Assembly (NCBI GenBank): GCA_013265495.1
Contig: MU058781.1
Span: 5,936,118-6,000,117, forward strand
Length of the DNA: 64,000 bases
From: Vicugna vicugna
Taxonomy: Eukaryota
Direction: 5' to 3'
Position numbers and translations under genes: made by a program. Below the pieces are notes generated by a model that was given only the letters and a program-made list of their open reading frames with translations, searched no databases and was not told the origin of the DNA. Of the stretch, positions 48,766-62,309 are shown piece by piece. The first letter of the stretch is position 1. Each line of letters begins with the position of its first letter.

Positions 48766-51700
48766 TGAAATTATCCACCCACACAGCCTGAGAATTTTTA
48801 ACAAGTCATTACCTGAATGATATAGGCCAGTTGTAGTGATAACACTGCATTGTAATATTTTATTTTATTTTTATTTTAATGCTCATCTCTACTTACTAGG
48901 TTTTTATTTTTGAATGAATAATACATATATCCAGGAAATTAAGCCTACTGATTCTTATTGAGAATTGAATATTCCTACATATACCAAACAGCTTCCAGTC
49001 AACCTAACTGGTTTCCCAACTAACAAAACTATACCCAGCTTATGATTTTTATCCACACTGCTACATGGCTGGAAATGACTCTCACCTGAAGTCCACGGTC
49101 TCAGCCACATTCGGAGGACTGTTTCCTGTTAGAAATTTTGACTTGCATCTGGCACACCCCATCACAGTAAGGACTACGTAGCTTGTAAAGGGCCACAGTT
49201 TCCAAGCCTAATTGAAGGATTTCACTCCCTCTCAGTTGACCTGTATTTGACGTCCCTTGTTCCATCCTTGAGCTTCCCAGAAGCCACTGTGACCAGAACT
49301 CAGGCGTAGGATCTGAAAGTAACCTGGCCACCACAAAAGTTATCAAACACGACCACCTCGTCGCAGGCTCACTCCACTTTATATGTAAGGGAGGCGATCC
49401 TAGAAGCTGAAATACTTCCAGAGTTCAACAACCTGGGAAATTTAAAGGAGGCTGGGGGCGGGGGAAGCCCTGCTTTCCAAAGATCTGAAGAGAGACTCTG
49501 CTCTCTGAGGATGGGAGGAAGTAAGAAGACCTTATTCGTGGCTCCAGGAGAGGAAAAGAAAAGAGCCCGCAAGGAAACTACCAACAGATGGTAAATACAT
49601 TTTTAATTCTTCTGTCATACTGTGTGGACTTGTGCACATTTGTCCTGCTGTGTTAGGCTCCCGAAATAGCGAGCCATAGAATTGCAGAACAGTTCGGCTG
49701 CAATTTGAGATTTAGGAAACCATGCTGGCTGACAAAACAGGAAGGGCTCCTAGTAGGATGGAGTGGATTTGCTCCCAGTTTGCAGCTCCTCGATGTGGCA
49801 TCCGCTGTGGTTCTTAGTGCAGGAAAATTCTCTCACGTGTCAGGTCTCATTGATGGTGCTCTAAACATACTATTTCAAATCATCCGCCAAGCTTTAGTTA
49901 CAATTATTAAACGTTGACACGATCCATTAGATAATTCTCAAAGGTTTAAAGGTGTTGAAATAAAAAGAGTGCGATCCTTTTATTTGTGGATTCTCAGTCT
50001 TTCAGGGGGCATCACATATATGGAGCCTGGAGTTCTTTCTCATATCTCGCCTTTCTCATAACTTCCGTTTTGATATAATGTTCCCATAGAGCATCATGAG
50101 AAATTCAGTGCCAGAAGAAGGACCCAATGTGACCGTGGATTGCTCTAAAGGAACCTAAGGAGATAACCATGCTAAAAGCATATTCAGCTCACTCGGCATC
50201 TGAGAAGTGACCTGAGCCAGGAACCAAGAAGTGAGTTAGGGTCCCAAACCTGTTTCTCAGAGCACTGGCAAGAAAGAAAAAGTGTTGATGAGTCCAGGTG
50301 GATGTGGAATAATGTGGAGAGGAAGATCTATTACTTAATCTCAGTCTAGAAATATAACTTGCACAATTACGAGACCTGGAAGGATCCTTAGAGAATCTAG
50401 TTCAATTTTTTATTTCGTAGACAGGGATCTCCGCCAAAGAGTTGCAGGAAATTGGCAGGTTTTATACAACTAGTTGGTGGCAAATTCAGTACTGGAACAC
50501 AAGACGTCTATTTCTCAGCCCAGTGTTAGTTGTACTTCAACACCCACAGAAAGTGGACATCTCTGTGAAGAGCAAAACCTGATTCTAGAAGACCTCTCTC
50601 ATAGGAATCTTCACTCTTGGGTTCTTATAAAGCATGATGATGGAATCTCGGACTGGTCTATGGATATTTGGGAAACTAAGAGATATTCTTCATAGCTAAG
50701 GTTTCAAGCTTAAATATATTTGTTAATTTTTGTTCTAAACCCCTGGGGATTGTGTCTAGATTATGTAGCTATCACACAATTTGGCACAGCTGGGATCCTC
50801 TTTTCGTGAAATAGCAGGGAAGGCTGGTACACAGGGATTAAACAGCATTGGCAAAAGAGAATGGGGAATCTTATACAGTAACTTCCCACCCTGAACCTTC
50901 CTGGTCTAAGAGTTTCTCCTAGCCTTAGTGGGTGGGTGGGAACAAGAAAGGATTTTTATCTTCTTAGTAAAAGAAAGGATACAAAAACACTTAAGCACTG
51001 CTCGATTTGATGAAATCTTGATTTTGCTTAAAGTTTCTACAAGACTAGTCATATTCTGGTTCAAATGACTTATAACATCCATCGATAATTTCTCCGATGG
51101 GTACGTATGTTTACAAATAAAAACTATTCTCAGCTACTTAAGAAATGTTATTCTTCCCTGTTTTTAAAAGAAAGTTAATCAGTAAGCTTCTCTGCAGCTA
51201 CTTTAGCAATAAGGTCTCCTAAATTTTACAATTCTATTCAGCATTTTGATTTTTGGTTTTTGTTTGATTCCAGCAAGGTTTTATTCTATTTTTTTGTGGT
51301 GGCAAAATTTTTCCCTGTCGTGTTTAAACATGGTGTTCTTTGTTTTGAGAATGAATTTGACCATTTTGACTGCTCTTGCTAATTTTCCTGGTTACCTCCA
51401 TTGTCTAGTTATGAATTTGTGGGTGGGGAAAGGTAGAGTTATCCTAAGTGAATTATTTTGAGGAGAGCCAGTAATGAAGGCACACTTTAGGTTATTTCAT
51501 TCCTGTGATCCAAATTTGATTATCTAGCTAATATCACTAGGGACATTTGAAGCTTTAATAATTACATCTCAAGGCCTAAAGGAAAAAAAAAGAAGAAAAA
51601 TTACATTTTATACACATTCACACACAACCTTTCAGAAAGTTCTCATTTGAAAGCCTGTTTGGCTGCTTTAAAAATATAGATTGATATCAAGATACTGCTT

Positions 51701-52394
51701 TAAGGGTTCAAGCTCAGCTGATACTTTGTTCTTAAAAGAAAACCCCAAAATCTGGATTTAAGCAACTGTTTTGTGTAGAAGGATTTAGCATTGCTTATCT
51801 GAAAGAGTAAAAAAAAATATAAGCTATTGAGTTTATCTTTCCTTTTGGAGAATAGTTTTAGGATTTTTCTCCCCCCCGGAAAGTTTCGAGGCTATGATTC
51901 ATGTTAAAAGTGCCCTGTTCCATTATGTACCAACACAGCTTTGAAGCTCTCTCTGCTTCTAGGTCAAGGGCTCTCCCTGTGGCCAGATGCCAGTTTTATC
52001 CTTGGACTCCCATGATCCTCAGAAATAAATCAACTTTCCAGTAAAATCCTGTGACAGCTCTGTTTTACATAAAAGTGTGCAGCCTGGGGATGTAATACTG
52101 TTTTGCATTTCAGGTGGAGAAAAAGGGAAAGAAAACATCCATTATCACTGGGAGACGATTCCAGGTGGAGTCATTATTACAGAAATCAGAGGGCAGCTGG
52201 GGGACCATACTCTCTCTCCCTACAGCATCTCTAGCTCAAAAGCTTATTATTTGTGTGGAAACAAAAATACAAACGCTGTAAAGTGTTCCAATCCACATGT
52301 GGCATTGGTCAATACAGTCCATGAGCTGAAAAAGTATTGAGTAGGTCAGCTCTCTTAGGTCAGTATTTCTTCCTTGTGGGAAGAAAAGAAAGGA

Positions 52395-52750
52395 AAAAAA
52401 TGAACGAATTACTACTCCACATAACAATGGATGAATCTCACAATGTTGGAAAATAAAAGAGGCTACACAGAAAATAATGTATCCTGTATTCCATTTGTAT
52501 AAATTTCAAAACCATGTAAGACTAGTCTGTTGTGTTAGAACTATATATATAGTTTACCTTTGAAGAGGAGAGAAAGGATTGTGCTGGAAGGGGGCATGAA
52601 GATGGCTTCCAGGTCGCGAGAAAATTCTATTTCTTGACCTGGGTGGTGGGTATGGTGTGGGTTCACTTTGTAATAATCCATTAAGCCATACACCGGTGTG
52701 TGTTTTTTTCTGTTAAGAATGATTTACTTCAATTTAAAAGTTTAAAAATA
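52395..52750 (+). mobile_element. L1ME-like 3' end
   Basis: aatggatgaatctcacaatgttg...attccatttgtataaatttcaaaac...ttctatttcttgacctgggtggtgg. Confidence 0.8.
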
Positions 52751-52849
52751 ATATCCCCATTGGGAAAGACAATTTCAGGAAATATTAGAAAAAACATTTT
52801 GCCTAATTAACTTGATCACTAAGCTAAAGGAAAAACTAGACAGAACTTC

Positions 52850-53510
52850 AGTGTAGGGTAATGGGAACTCTCCTGCACTGCTACAGAGAACGGAAATTGC
52901 TACGGCTGTGCTTGGTTCACTCTTTGGCATTATCTATTAAAGATTTGCATATCTGGTGACCCAGATTTCCACAATAAAGATATGTGCAGGTAAGCACCGA
53001 AAGAAAACAACTCTATCCATCATAGCCTCAAGTGGAAAACCAGCCAAACTGTCCATCAGCAGTAGAGTGGATAAATAAAGTGTGCTTTGTCCAATCTTGG
53101 AATACCATACAGTATCGAAAATGAATGAATCACAGTACCCTCAGCATGGATGAAATTGAGAAACCTAATATGAAAAGATAGAAGCCAGAAACAAAAAATC
53201 ATATGTTCCCATTTTCTTAAAGTTCAAAAAATAGGAAAAGATAAGTATGTGTAAGTATCAATATATATTTAGGTGGTAAAACTAAAGAAGAGAAAAAAAA
53301 AGAGGTTATCATAAAAGTAAGGGCAGTGGGGAGAGGGTGGGTGGGCTATGAGTGGGAAGGGATGGATGGAGGCTTTCTGGACCATATTCTATTTCTTGAT
53401 TTGAGTAGTGGCTATGCGGTGCTCACTTAATAAAAATGTATTAAATTATACTTTTATATATCATGCACGTTCCCTGATATATATTTCACAATTAAAAAGG
53501 GTATAAAAAA
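52850..53510 (+). mobile_element. Second L1ME-like ORF2 end/3'UTR fragment
   Basis: gggaactctcctgcactgct...tgtccatcagcagtagagtggataaataaagtgtg...ttctatttcttgatttgagtagtgg. Confidence 0.8.
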
Positions 53511-54367
53511 ATCACATGAAACCCAATTACTCAGAGATAGTTATCAATTTAACATCTTGATGTATATATTGTCAGACCTCCTTTCATGCAATATATATAT
53601 TTCATCCACATTGCTTTATAGTCTTTAATTTTTTTCTTTGATAATACGATCTCCCAGGAGAATTCCTCTTCAGGTTTTTTCTTTCAATTTCCATTTAATT
53701 TTAACCAAGAGTAAATATCATACAAGCTTTATGTCCCTCTGAAAGCCTAAAGCCATGGAGTGGCTTTCGGGAAATTAGGTTGCTTTAGCCTAAGCTACAG
53801 TGATTCATAAACCAATCTGCAGGATTTTGCCATAGCTCATGGGAGACTTTTCCTTCTCTGTTAATAATGCTGCTGCTTCAGGAGAGAAAAGCCCCTTTCC
53901 ACCCCTTCAGAGTGCTATCTTCAAAAGGAAAAGGTCAGGAAAAGTGAGGGGAAAGGCCAGTAGGAGAGTGGTCAGGAGGCTTTGGGGAGGAGGGGGTCAT
54001 CCTAAAATGTATTACGATATGCGTCTTGCTGAGCCTACGCTGAGCCTGGCCTGGGCAACTTTATGAAGTACTGAAATCAATCAAAAAGTGATCTGGGTGC
54101 TTTTTTAAAAACCCCAAAGTAGTCCCATTGGTATTCTTGCCCCTTGGGCAGTGCAAGCTTTCTGCCCTCTTGTCTGCAGCCTGCAGCAGCCCCCTCTCCC
54201 TGTCTGCAAGCATCCTCCACTCTTCTCCTCCACCCTTTTCATCATCTGAACATTTCATCATCTTCGTCATTACATGGTTCAAGAACTTTTCTGTGACCAT
54301 CCAAGTTTGGGGGGTGACCCACTCTGTGGCACCCTGGGACTTACAACATCACAGCAGTAGTCACTTT

Positions 54368-54515
54368 TTTTTGCATTTAAAAAATATTTTTTAAATTTTT
54401 AGGGTGGTAATTAGGTTTATATTTTTATTTATTTTAACGGAGGTACTGGAAATTGAACCCAGGACTTCGTGCATGCTAAGCATGCACCCTACCACTGAGC
54501 TATATACCCTCCCCC
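54368..54515 (-). mobile_element. Vic-1-type SINE
   Basis: Reverse complement GGGGGAGGGTATATAGCTCAGTGGTAGGGTGCATGCTTAGCATGCACGAAGTCCTGGGTTCAATTTCCAGTACCTCC...AAACCTAATTACC. Confidence 0.9.
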
Positions 54516-55334
54516 TCATCACTTTATTTCGAAGTTGCCTATATTCCTGTCTACAAATACACTCCTAATCGGTGAGCTTCACGCATGCAAGGGCAGTGTC
54601 TCCAGGCCCATTGTAACTCCAGGCCCTCGTGCATGCTGGTGCTCAAGAAATACAGTCATTGAATGAATGAAAAACAGTTGTGAAATGAGATGCGCTGTGG
54701 GGAGAAAAGGTGAGATTTAAACTATATTTTCCCAACTCCCTTCACCACTGAATACAAATGGCCTCAAAGAGTCCAGCCAAACCAACACGGGGTAGTGCAA
54801 AATTCGAAAATCTACAACTGCTCAATTTCAAATACTTAACTAGTAATAGCAGTTTGCATTTGTATCATGTTTGATATTTTGTTAAGTGTTTTTGCATATT
54901 ATCTTGTACAATTCCAGCAACAAGTCCTCCGAGGTAAAGCTATTAATTTTATATGGGACGCTATTAATTTTACCATTTCATATATTGGAAAAGGATATGT
55001 AGAATGTCTGGGAGAGTTTCAGTAACTAGCTGATTATATGATTATTTTTTAGTTTGAGCCAGGAACTAGTGGCCCCTTAGTGCTAGAAGCATAAACAAAT
55101 TCAATGTATACCATTTACAGATATATTTGCCGGGGGAGGGTAGCGACATCAAATAAATATGTGATACCATTCTGATTTTTTATCTTTTAGAAGATTTTCC
55201 CCCCAAAGCATTTATTTTTTTAGCCTTATTTTTCATGACAAAACTAGTATATATTTGGAGTATAAAATCAAAAGAGCACGAATAAGAAACTCAAAATCAC
55301 TTACGATCACATTACATAGAGTATCTATTGTTAT

Positions 55335-55650
55335 GTCATTTTAATAACTCTGACTATATATTAAGCCTGGAGCTTTTCTGGAGTGAGAACCCTCCTCCCA
55401 CACTCTACTCTTTCTTTCTCCCACACCCTCTACATTATCTTCAAAGTTTTCTTAGCTATTCTTGGCCATTTGCTCTTTTATTTGAATTTTAGAATCAGGT
55501 TTTACTAAAACTCTGTTGGGATTTTTACTGGATTTGCATTCTTTTTATAGATTAATTTCAGTAGAATTAAAACTTTTGCTGTATTGGTTCCTCTCTACCC
55601 TAAACACAGTATATTTCTCCATTAATCTATGTCTATTATAATGTCTTTTT
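55335..55650 (-). mobile_element. Old L1 ORF2 fragment abutting the U6 3' end
   Basis: Minus strand resembles the L1 ORF2 region encoding DLNKWRDIPCSW...LIY..NAIPIKIPT.F...LILKF...PRIAK; heavily decayed. Confidence 0.8.
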
Positions 55651-55757
55651 AAAAATATGAAATGTTTCAGAAATTTGTATGTCATTTTTGCACAGGGGCC
55701 ACGATCATCTTCTCTGTACTGTTCCAACCTTAGAATATGTGCTGCCAAAGCCAGAAT
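55651..55757 (-). pseudogene. U6 snRNA retropseudogene, full length, diverged
   Basis: Reverse complement ATTCTGGCTTTGGCAGCACATATTCTAAGGTTGGAACAGTACAGAGAAGATGATCGTGGCCCCTGTGCAAAAATGACATACAAATTTCTGAAACATTTCATATTTTT aligns gap-free to U6 with about 22 mismatches in 107 nt by hand count; catalytic AGC triad reads ATC. Confidence 0.95.
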
Positions 55758-55867
55758 TCAGAAGATACATCTTAACTGTTGGGTTATATCAGGAAGGAAA
55801 GGTAAGAGGTCACATGTTCATTAGGCTCTTTATGAGACAGTAACTGACAAAGAGATTAAGCTAGACT

Positions 55868-55911
55868 AATTGTATTCATCACACCTAAAATTGTATCCAT
55901 CACACCTAAAA
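55868..55911. repeat. 21-bp tandem duplication
   Basis: aattgtattcatcacacctaa / aattgtatccatcacacctaa. Confidence 0.9.
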
Positions 55912-56186
55912 GGGTTTAGTTGTGTGCTAACAATGGGGAAACTGTTTCTAGCTTTTGCTATCTTGCCCCTTCTAGCATCTAAACAAAGGCTCTTTTTCTG
56001 TTGGTCTTGACAGAGAAATGCAGCAGGTAAAAGGGGTTGGGAAGTTGGGAAAGAGAAAAAGGGAAAAGAAGATGGTCAGACATGACTAGGAGGAGGGACA
56101 GCTGAATTGGGTGGAGAGCAGTGGGGGCGGGGGGCAGGAAGGAATGACAGCAAGTGTGGATTCTCTGAGTTTTACTATTCTAGATA

Positions 56187-56318
56187 ACCGGCAGCATCAA
56201 TCACTTGGGATCTTGTTAGAAATTCAGATTGGCCCCAACTCAGATTTACCCAATCAGAATCTTTATTTTAACAAGATCCCCAGGTAATTCTTTTGCACAT
56301 TAAAGTTCCAGAAGCTCT
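56187..56318. mobile_element. MER5A-type hAT MITE
   Basis: ggcagcatcaatcacttgggatcttgttagaaattcagat...ttttaacaagatccccaggtaattc...gcacattaaagtt. Confidence 0.82.
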
Positions 56319-58889
56319 TAGTTGCCCCCAACCAGTCTGAGCCAGTCCTGATCAGTGTCATCAGCCTTAGACCTATTAATAGACAAAACTGGTTTGGTTG
56401 CCTAGAGACCTGGAAATCTGGTTCTTCCTGTAGACGCTGAGTTTCAGAGTTCTCTTACCACTTTGGCCAAAGCCTCGCGACTCCCTTTGGCCTCAGTTTC
56501 TCTGTTAAGCATGTCAGTTCTCTGCAGGGGTTGGCTCCTAGCCCTGGATCCCAGATTCCTTGGCTTAGGTCCTCAGTTCTGCCAAATTCTTGCTCTGCCC
56601 CTTCCTCTGGGAAGCAAGATGTGATTTCCTACGCCCTTCTCAGCTACCGCCTGGGGGACCTGCAGTGACTGGATTGATCACCTGAACTGTGCCTGATTCT
56701 GAGTATCGTCACCTGGACTTCTTCCAGCACTGTGTTCTGCTGGCAGAAAGGACACACTCATATATCCAAATAGCCTGGCCCAGTCCGAGCTTGTCACGCC
56801 CCCTGACCACTGCACACTGGTCTGCCTCGCTGCCTCCTGGGGTGGGCCAACTTCTGAAGACAGGCTCTGTTCCCTCTGTCCCGCTGGATCTTGGCTGCTT
56901 CTTCCTTCCCGTGGCCTGTGCTGATGTGGTCCCAGCCTCCCTTGCACACAAATGTCTGCTATGAAAGAGAAGGAGGCCAGCAGAGACAATGGGAAGCAGG
57001 CCACAGTCCCGTCTCTAACATCGGTGACTCCAGGACCTCATGGCCCTGCTTCTGTGTAGACCTTGGGATTCCAAACAGTTTTACCTTTTAGGTAAAAGAT
57101 ACCCTGTGAGCCCTAGAAGACGACTGAGTACAAACAAGCTCAGGTTTTTGTATAATGTGTATTTTTTAGTCCTTTTTCCAAGGTGGAGAAAAATCTTCTT
57201 TGTGGCCTGACTTATTTTATAAAAACAGACCAATCCCTAGAGACGCTCAATCATTTCTCTGGTTACTATACAACCACGTCACTTTGACTGATGGCAGTAT
57301 ACCTCCTGCCATGCTCAATTCATGGTGGAACACTATACAAAGGGTGTCACACCTGCTGCCGTGTTTTAAACCAGCACAAAATGACATCAAGTTCAAAGCA
57401 ATCAGGTTGGCCGTCAGTTATAGAGGCCAATTTTTAGATCAGCATGACTCTCCATTAATTAGTAAAATAGAAGCTGACTGTATCTTTAAGGTGGTTGCAT
57501 CATTTCTATTCCTAAGAACTGTTCTTTGGTGACTTTTTCTAAAAAGAAGATGAAAAGAAAGAAAACAAAAAGAAAGTGTGGCAGCACCCACAGTCTCGAA
57601 GTAACGGTGTGGGTGTTGTTTGCATTATTTACATCCATAACACTTTCACAAGAATCCACATGTCTTACAAAAGAATGTACAAATTGCAGGAAAGACGCGG
57701 TAACACAGTAAGACACAAAGAAAACAATTATCCAGAGGAAGATTTAAATTTGGCATAAATCGTTGGCGCCGAAAGAATGGAAAAGTATGCACGGACTCCA
57801 TCTGCACCTACAGAGGCAGGCACGTGGCAGCATCTACCCGGTCAGAAGAGAAACTCCACGTAAAACGGCAGTAAAAGTCATTGTCAGAAACGCCTCGGCT
57901 CATCTTGAATAAGGAATACATGCTATTTGATGACATCACTCCAAGTTTCTAAAGTTGCATGACGGTCTCATTACATGAGCAGGGATGGATAAATCTGTGA
58001 CTTTCTGAAAGGCACTCTTGGACGAGCAAAATCAAAGGTCCTAGGAAGAAGCTACTTGAGACTAGGATGAGTAAGTGGATAGGAAATAGAACGTAAGTAC
58101 GAACTATTCATCGCACCTTTCTGACGGTCCAGATTTTCTCAGGATAGACTTCATTGATAAATCATGACGAAACTGCATTTGCTGTCGGTGGAAAGAACCC
58201 AGTTTTGATGGACGTCACGCCAGTTCTCCTTCAGTCGCTTTCAGCGTTATGCCTGCTGTTATGCATGATTTTGAACGAGGTTCCAACCAACCCTTCAAAC
58301 TTATGGGAAAAGGGAAACCTGGTACGGAGGTGGGGGAGGAGGGGTGAGGAGTGGGGGAACATGACTCTCAGGAAAAATTTCTAAAATGTTGCAGAGGCTT
58401 AAAAATTGGTAAGTATGCAGAACGACACGTCAGACGGGTGCTATTATAACTTTAGTGTGTGTGGTGACAGTCAAAGCACTCAAAATGACAATGTCATTTG
58501 TCTTCTTTGTATTGCTTTTGTTTTCACAAGTCACATGGCAAAATCAACAAATACTACATCATCCCTCTGAGGATTCAGCTGTGGAAAAAGCATCCGCTAG
58601 CTCATCTCTAGGGTAGCTATTATTAGCTTGCTTTGATTCTCTCATACGCCACGTACCCCATGCTCATTAAGCTGTTTGCTTGCTTCCTTTGTCATATTCC
58701 TGAATCTGACTACTGCCATGCAGTGTACTCCAGTGAAACCCAGAGGTACCCGTTTCCATAGGCCTTTTCCAAAATGGATGTAATCCCTCTAGTTTTAAAA
58801 ACGTTATCTGGAGGAAAAAAACATGCAACATCATACTTGCGCTGGTATTGAACTTTTCTAGAGGAAACATTACAGTACCTGCACTGGAC

Positions 58890-59331
58890 TGTAGAGCGTC
58901 ACTTCCGCTCTCCCCGACTAAACCCCTGGTCACTCAGAACCTGTGAACATGACCTTACTTGGAAATAGGGTCCTTTCGGATGTCATCAGGTTAAGAAGAA
59001 GTCATACTGGATTAGACTGGGCCCTAAATCCGGTGACGGGTGTCCTTATAAGAAGATCCTGCAGAGATACAGACGTCCAGGAAGATCATCATGTGAAGAC
59101 AGAGGCAGAAATTGGAGTGATGTAGCTACAAGCCAAAGACTGCCAGTAACCATTAGAAGGGGCCTTAGAGCAGATACTGTCCAAGAGTCTCTGGGGGGAC
59201 GTGGCTTTCCTGACACTTTGATGTCAGACTTCTAGCCTCCAGGACGGTGAGATATGTGACATATACATTTCTGTTGTTGAAACCACCCGGTTTGTGGCAT
59301 TTTGTTGTGGCTGCCCTAGGAGACGAATGTA
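58890..59331 (+). mobile_element. MaLR LTR (MLT1B/C-like)
   Basis: gaacctgtgaacatgaccttacttggaaataggg...catgtgaagacagaggcagaaattggagtgatgtagctacaagccaa...ccacccggtttgtggcattttgtt. Confidence 0.88.
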
Positions 59332-60869
59332 ATAGCCAAACTCCAGATTATGAAATTAAGCACTTTAAATACCCAAAGACTTGACATTAGCTTTCCCTTT
59401 GATGATGAAGTTAGGGGAGGAAAAGGCTACTTGTCAGGGTGACGTGGTAAGTACAGACCAAAGATGGGATTAGAAATTGGCCACTCTAGCATCACAAGGC
59501 ATAGGGAACTGGGAGAGAATGGAAGTTTCACTGAAAGCACTAAGGTGTTGATATCACAGCATCAAGTGAGGCAGCAGACTTCCATTTTGCAAAATTTGCA
59601 ATGGAGGTGGTCAAATTCTGATGACAACCCCTTTTCAACCCCTCACATAAATAAAAAGTACATTAAAAATGAGAACTAGAGATTCGAGGTGAGGGTGGTT
59701 TTGTACCGAGTGGTCCGTGTGCTTGGTGTTTCCCCCAGCTTTCTAGATCTTTGGGGGCAAAGACAATGCGAGTGGTTCCCTTGGATCCAATGTGGGCTAC
59801 CCCCAGGAGAAAGCAAGTATGGGGGTATCTTGTGTCCTTTCCAAGAGGGTCATCTGGATGGGTAACCAGATAAACAAAAAAGCTGGAGTTGGTACTCAGC
59901 TTCTCGGGGTCCCCGGGAAGAGCACGTGCTCAGCCATAGGAAGATGTGTCTCTCCGTCTGCAGGGAAATAATGCTGGTGAGAGAAGCCCCAGCCTGGAGC
60001 ATCTCCAAAAACCTCACACAACACCAGCAAGGGAGGCAACTGTGACTCCCTGTCAAGGTCAGAGAACTCAGATACTAGACCTTCACAAGACTAGCAGACA
60101 AGTACGCACTTTCCGGCTGCCCTCTCCTTGTCTTCTTCCCAGGATTCTAAACTGGGGCAAGTGTGAAATCACCTTTAGAAAGCTGCAAGGGGCAGGGATG
60201 CGGAAAGGGACGTGAACACGGGTTGCTCTTCTAGCTCAGCGTTTTGTAGGAGGCTGAGCTGGGGGCCAGAGATACCAACGTTTTTACTGTGACATGAACC
60301 CAGACACAGTCATGACTGACCAAAGGACATATTACCTGGAAGTGACTAGAAGAATAAAAATTCACTCTATATTTCACCCAAGAAGGGAGAAAGTGCTAGC
60401 TCTGTGGAATAAATTTGAAGTGTTGTTTTATGATTGATTACATCCTATGAGTCATGCTTGCTCAGTGTAGCAGTTACATAACAGCTTCTAAAGGCAATTG
60501 AATAGAGCAGTTTTTAGTGCTTTCTATAGAGATTTCCCCTGTGAAGTCACCGCATTTCTGTCTGAACTTTGGAAAATTATATGTCAAATTGCCCTCACAG
60601 AGAATTTCATCCTTTTTACTTACTGTTTATCAGCACTTATGAAATGCCTAAACTGAAAAGCATTATATGCTTGGTACACATTAGGTGCTCAATAATTGTT
60701 GAATTAATAAAGAAATGAATGGGCAGTAAAGAGAAATCCTGATTGCCTGGATTCTTTATAAACCCAGGCTATCCCCCAGTTCTTTTCTGGTAGAGTAAGA
60801 AATATCCCAAGTTGGTGATTTCTGAGCGATTCCAGCCAAATAGTTATGGTCTCCTTAGATGAAATTATA

Positions 60870-61010
60870 AAACGTTAGCATTAGAAGGAATCTTAAGAGG
60901 CGACTGAGTCCAACCCCTTCATTTTACAGATGAAGGGCTAAAGATATGAAATAATTTGATGAAGGTCACCTTTTTCCAGAGTGTCAGCACTAGACCTGGA
61001 AACTCTGATC
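60870..61010 (-). mobile_element. MIR-family (MIR3/MIRc-like) fragment
   Basis: tagaaggaatcttaagagg...gagtccaaccccttcattttacagatgaag. Confidence 0.7.
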
Positions 61011-61164
61011 ACTGACTCATTGCTAGTGACATTCTTTGCTTTCTAGGCTCCTTGCTAGCTTCCCTTTGTTGGAATGATGGCTTATGTTCTCTTTGTTACT
61101 TTTTTCACCAGTGAAAAACAGAAGTGGCACCAAATTGCCTCCACCTAAGAAGCAAACATGAAAC

Positions 61165-62280
61165 ATCTACCTGTGTTCAGCACTGCACTTGGACTTGGAA
61201 GCCAGTGAGGAGTTAGGGCTAGCTACTGCTCTCAGGGAGCGTGTAGCCAAGTTGGGGAGGCAGACAAGTAAAAAAAACAACTATAACACAGTGGGCAGAA
61301 TGCTCTATAGTGAGCTCTATAGGAAAAGCACAGCCTAAGGGTCATAAAAGGCTTGTTAGAGGACATGACGTGATGACATGAAATGACGACACCAGTAGAC
61401 TGCGATACGTTATGTATATACATCATAATACCTGAGAATGAGGAAGGCTTAAAAAGCAGGGTATGTTTAGCAAACTCTAAGTACTGTACCATGGAGCTAT
61501 CACGGGTGGAGGTATCAGTGATTACAGGGGGTGGGAGGAGAGATGGGTCAGAGACAGAAGCAGGAACCCAAACATGGAGAGATTTCCATGCAATGTTAGG
61601 TGTGTCGACTCCACAGAAAGTCTACTAGAAACAACTGAAGTATTTTTCTGTAAGGGAGTTATGAGGCCCAATTTCTGCCTCAGATACATCAGTCTAGCTA
61701 CAGTATGGGAAGTAGCTTTGAGTGGGAGAATGCAGGCAAAGAGGCCAGCAGGGGAACTATTGAAATAATCCAGGTAGGAAAGAAATGGCAGGAGAGATGG
61801 AAAAGGCAAAAGAATTTCAGAAAAAAATGCTGTGGACTGAGTTGCGTGCCCCTCTGCCCCTAAGGCCCAATGTGATGGGGTCTGGAGATGGGGACTTTGG
61901 GAGATAATTAGGTTTAGATGAGGTCATGAGGGTGGGCCCCCCACGATGGGATTAGTGCCCTTATAAAAGAGACACCAGAAAGCTTGCATTCTCTCTCCAT
62001 CATATAAGGACAAATTAAGAAGGCAGTCCTCTACAAGCCTAGAACAAAGTCCTCACCAGAAACTGACCATGCTGACACCTTGATTTTAGCCTTGTGGCCT
62101 TCAGAACTGTGAGAAAATAAATTTCTGTCGTTAAGCCACCCAGTCTGTGGTGCTTTATCATGGCAGCTTGAGCTGAGTAATGCACAATGGAAGTGGAATG
62201 AAGGATGGAGGGATATATCAGATGTGGGGCATAAGGAGAGTGAGGAGCCAAGGGTTGGATGAGTGTCCAGGCTTGGTGTG
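61165..62280 (-). mobile_element. L2 fragment interrupted by an MLT1A LTR
   Basis: ctgctctcagggagc...ggggaggcagacaagtaaa...actattgaaataatccaggt; resumes after 62184 (gatgtggggc...aggagccaaggg). Confidence 0.7.
61828..62184 (+). mobile_element. MaLR solo LTR (MLT1A/MLT1A0-like)
   Basis: tgctgtggactga...ttaggtttagatgaggtcatgagggtggg...gatgggattagtgcccttataaaagagac...cagaactgtgagaaaataaatttctg...taatgca. Confidence 0.9.
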
Positions 62281-62309
62281 AACAGAAGGAAGAGAATAGG
62301 GTCTAAAAA

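Noticed and set aside
54439..54515. tRNA-Ala-like genes (also at 8368 and 21975-22047)
   Set aside because: They are SINE heads: shared non-tRNA tail, A-rich ends, TSDs and broken stems.
55651..55757. Functional U6 snRNA gene
   Set aside because: About 22 substitutions including the AGC triad; no evident PSE/TATA upstream; embedded in retroposed sequence.
57763..57775. TGGCGCCGAAA resembling a retroviral primer-binding site
   Set aside because: Match is too short and no LTR ending in CA precedes it.
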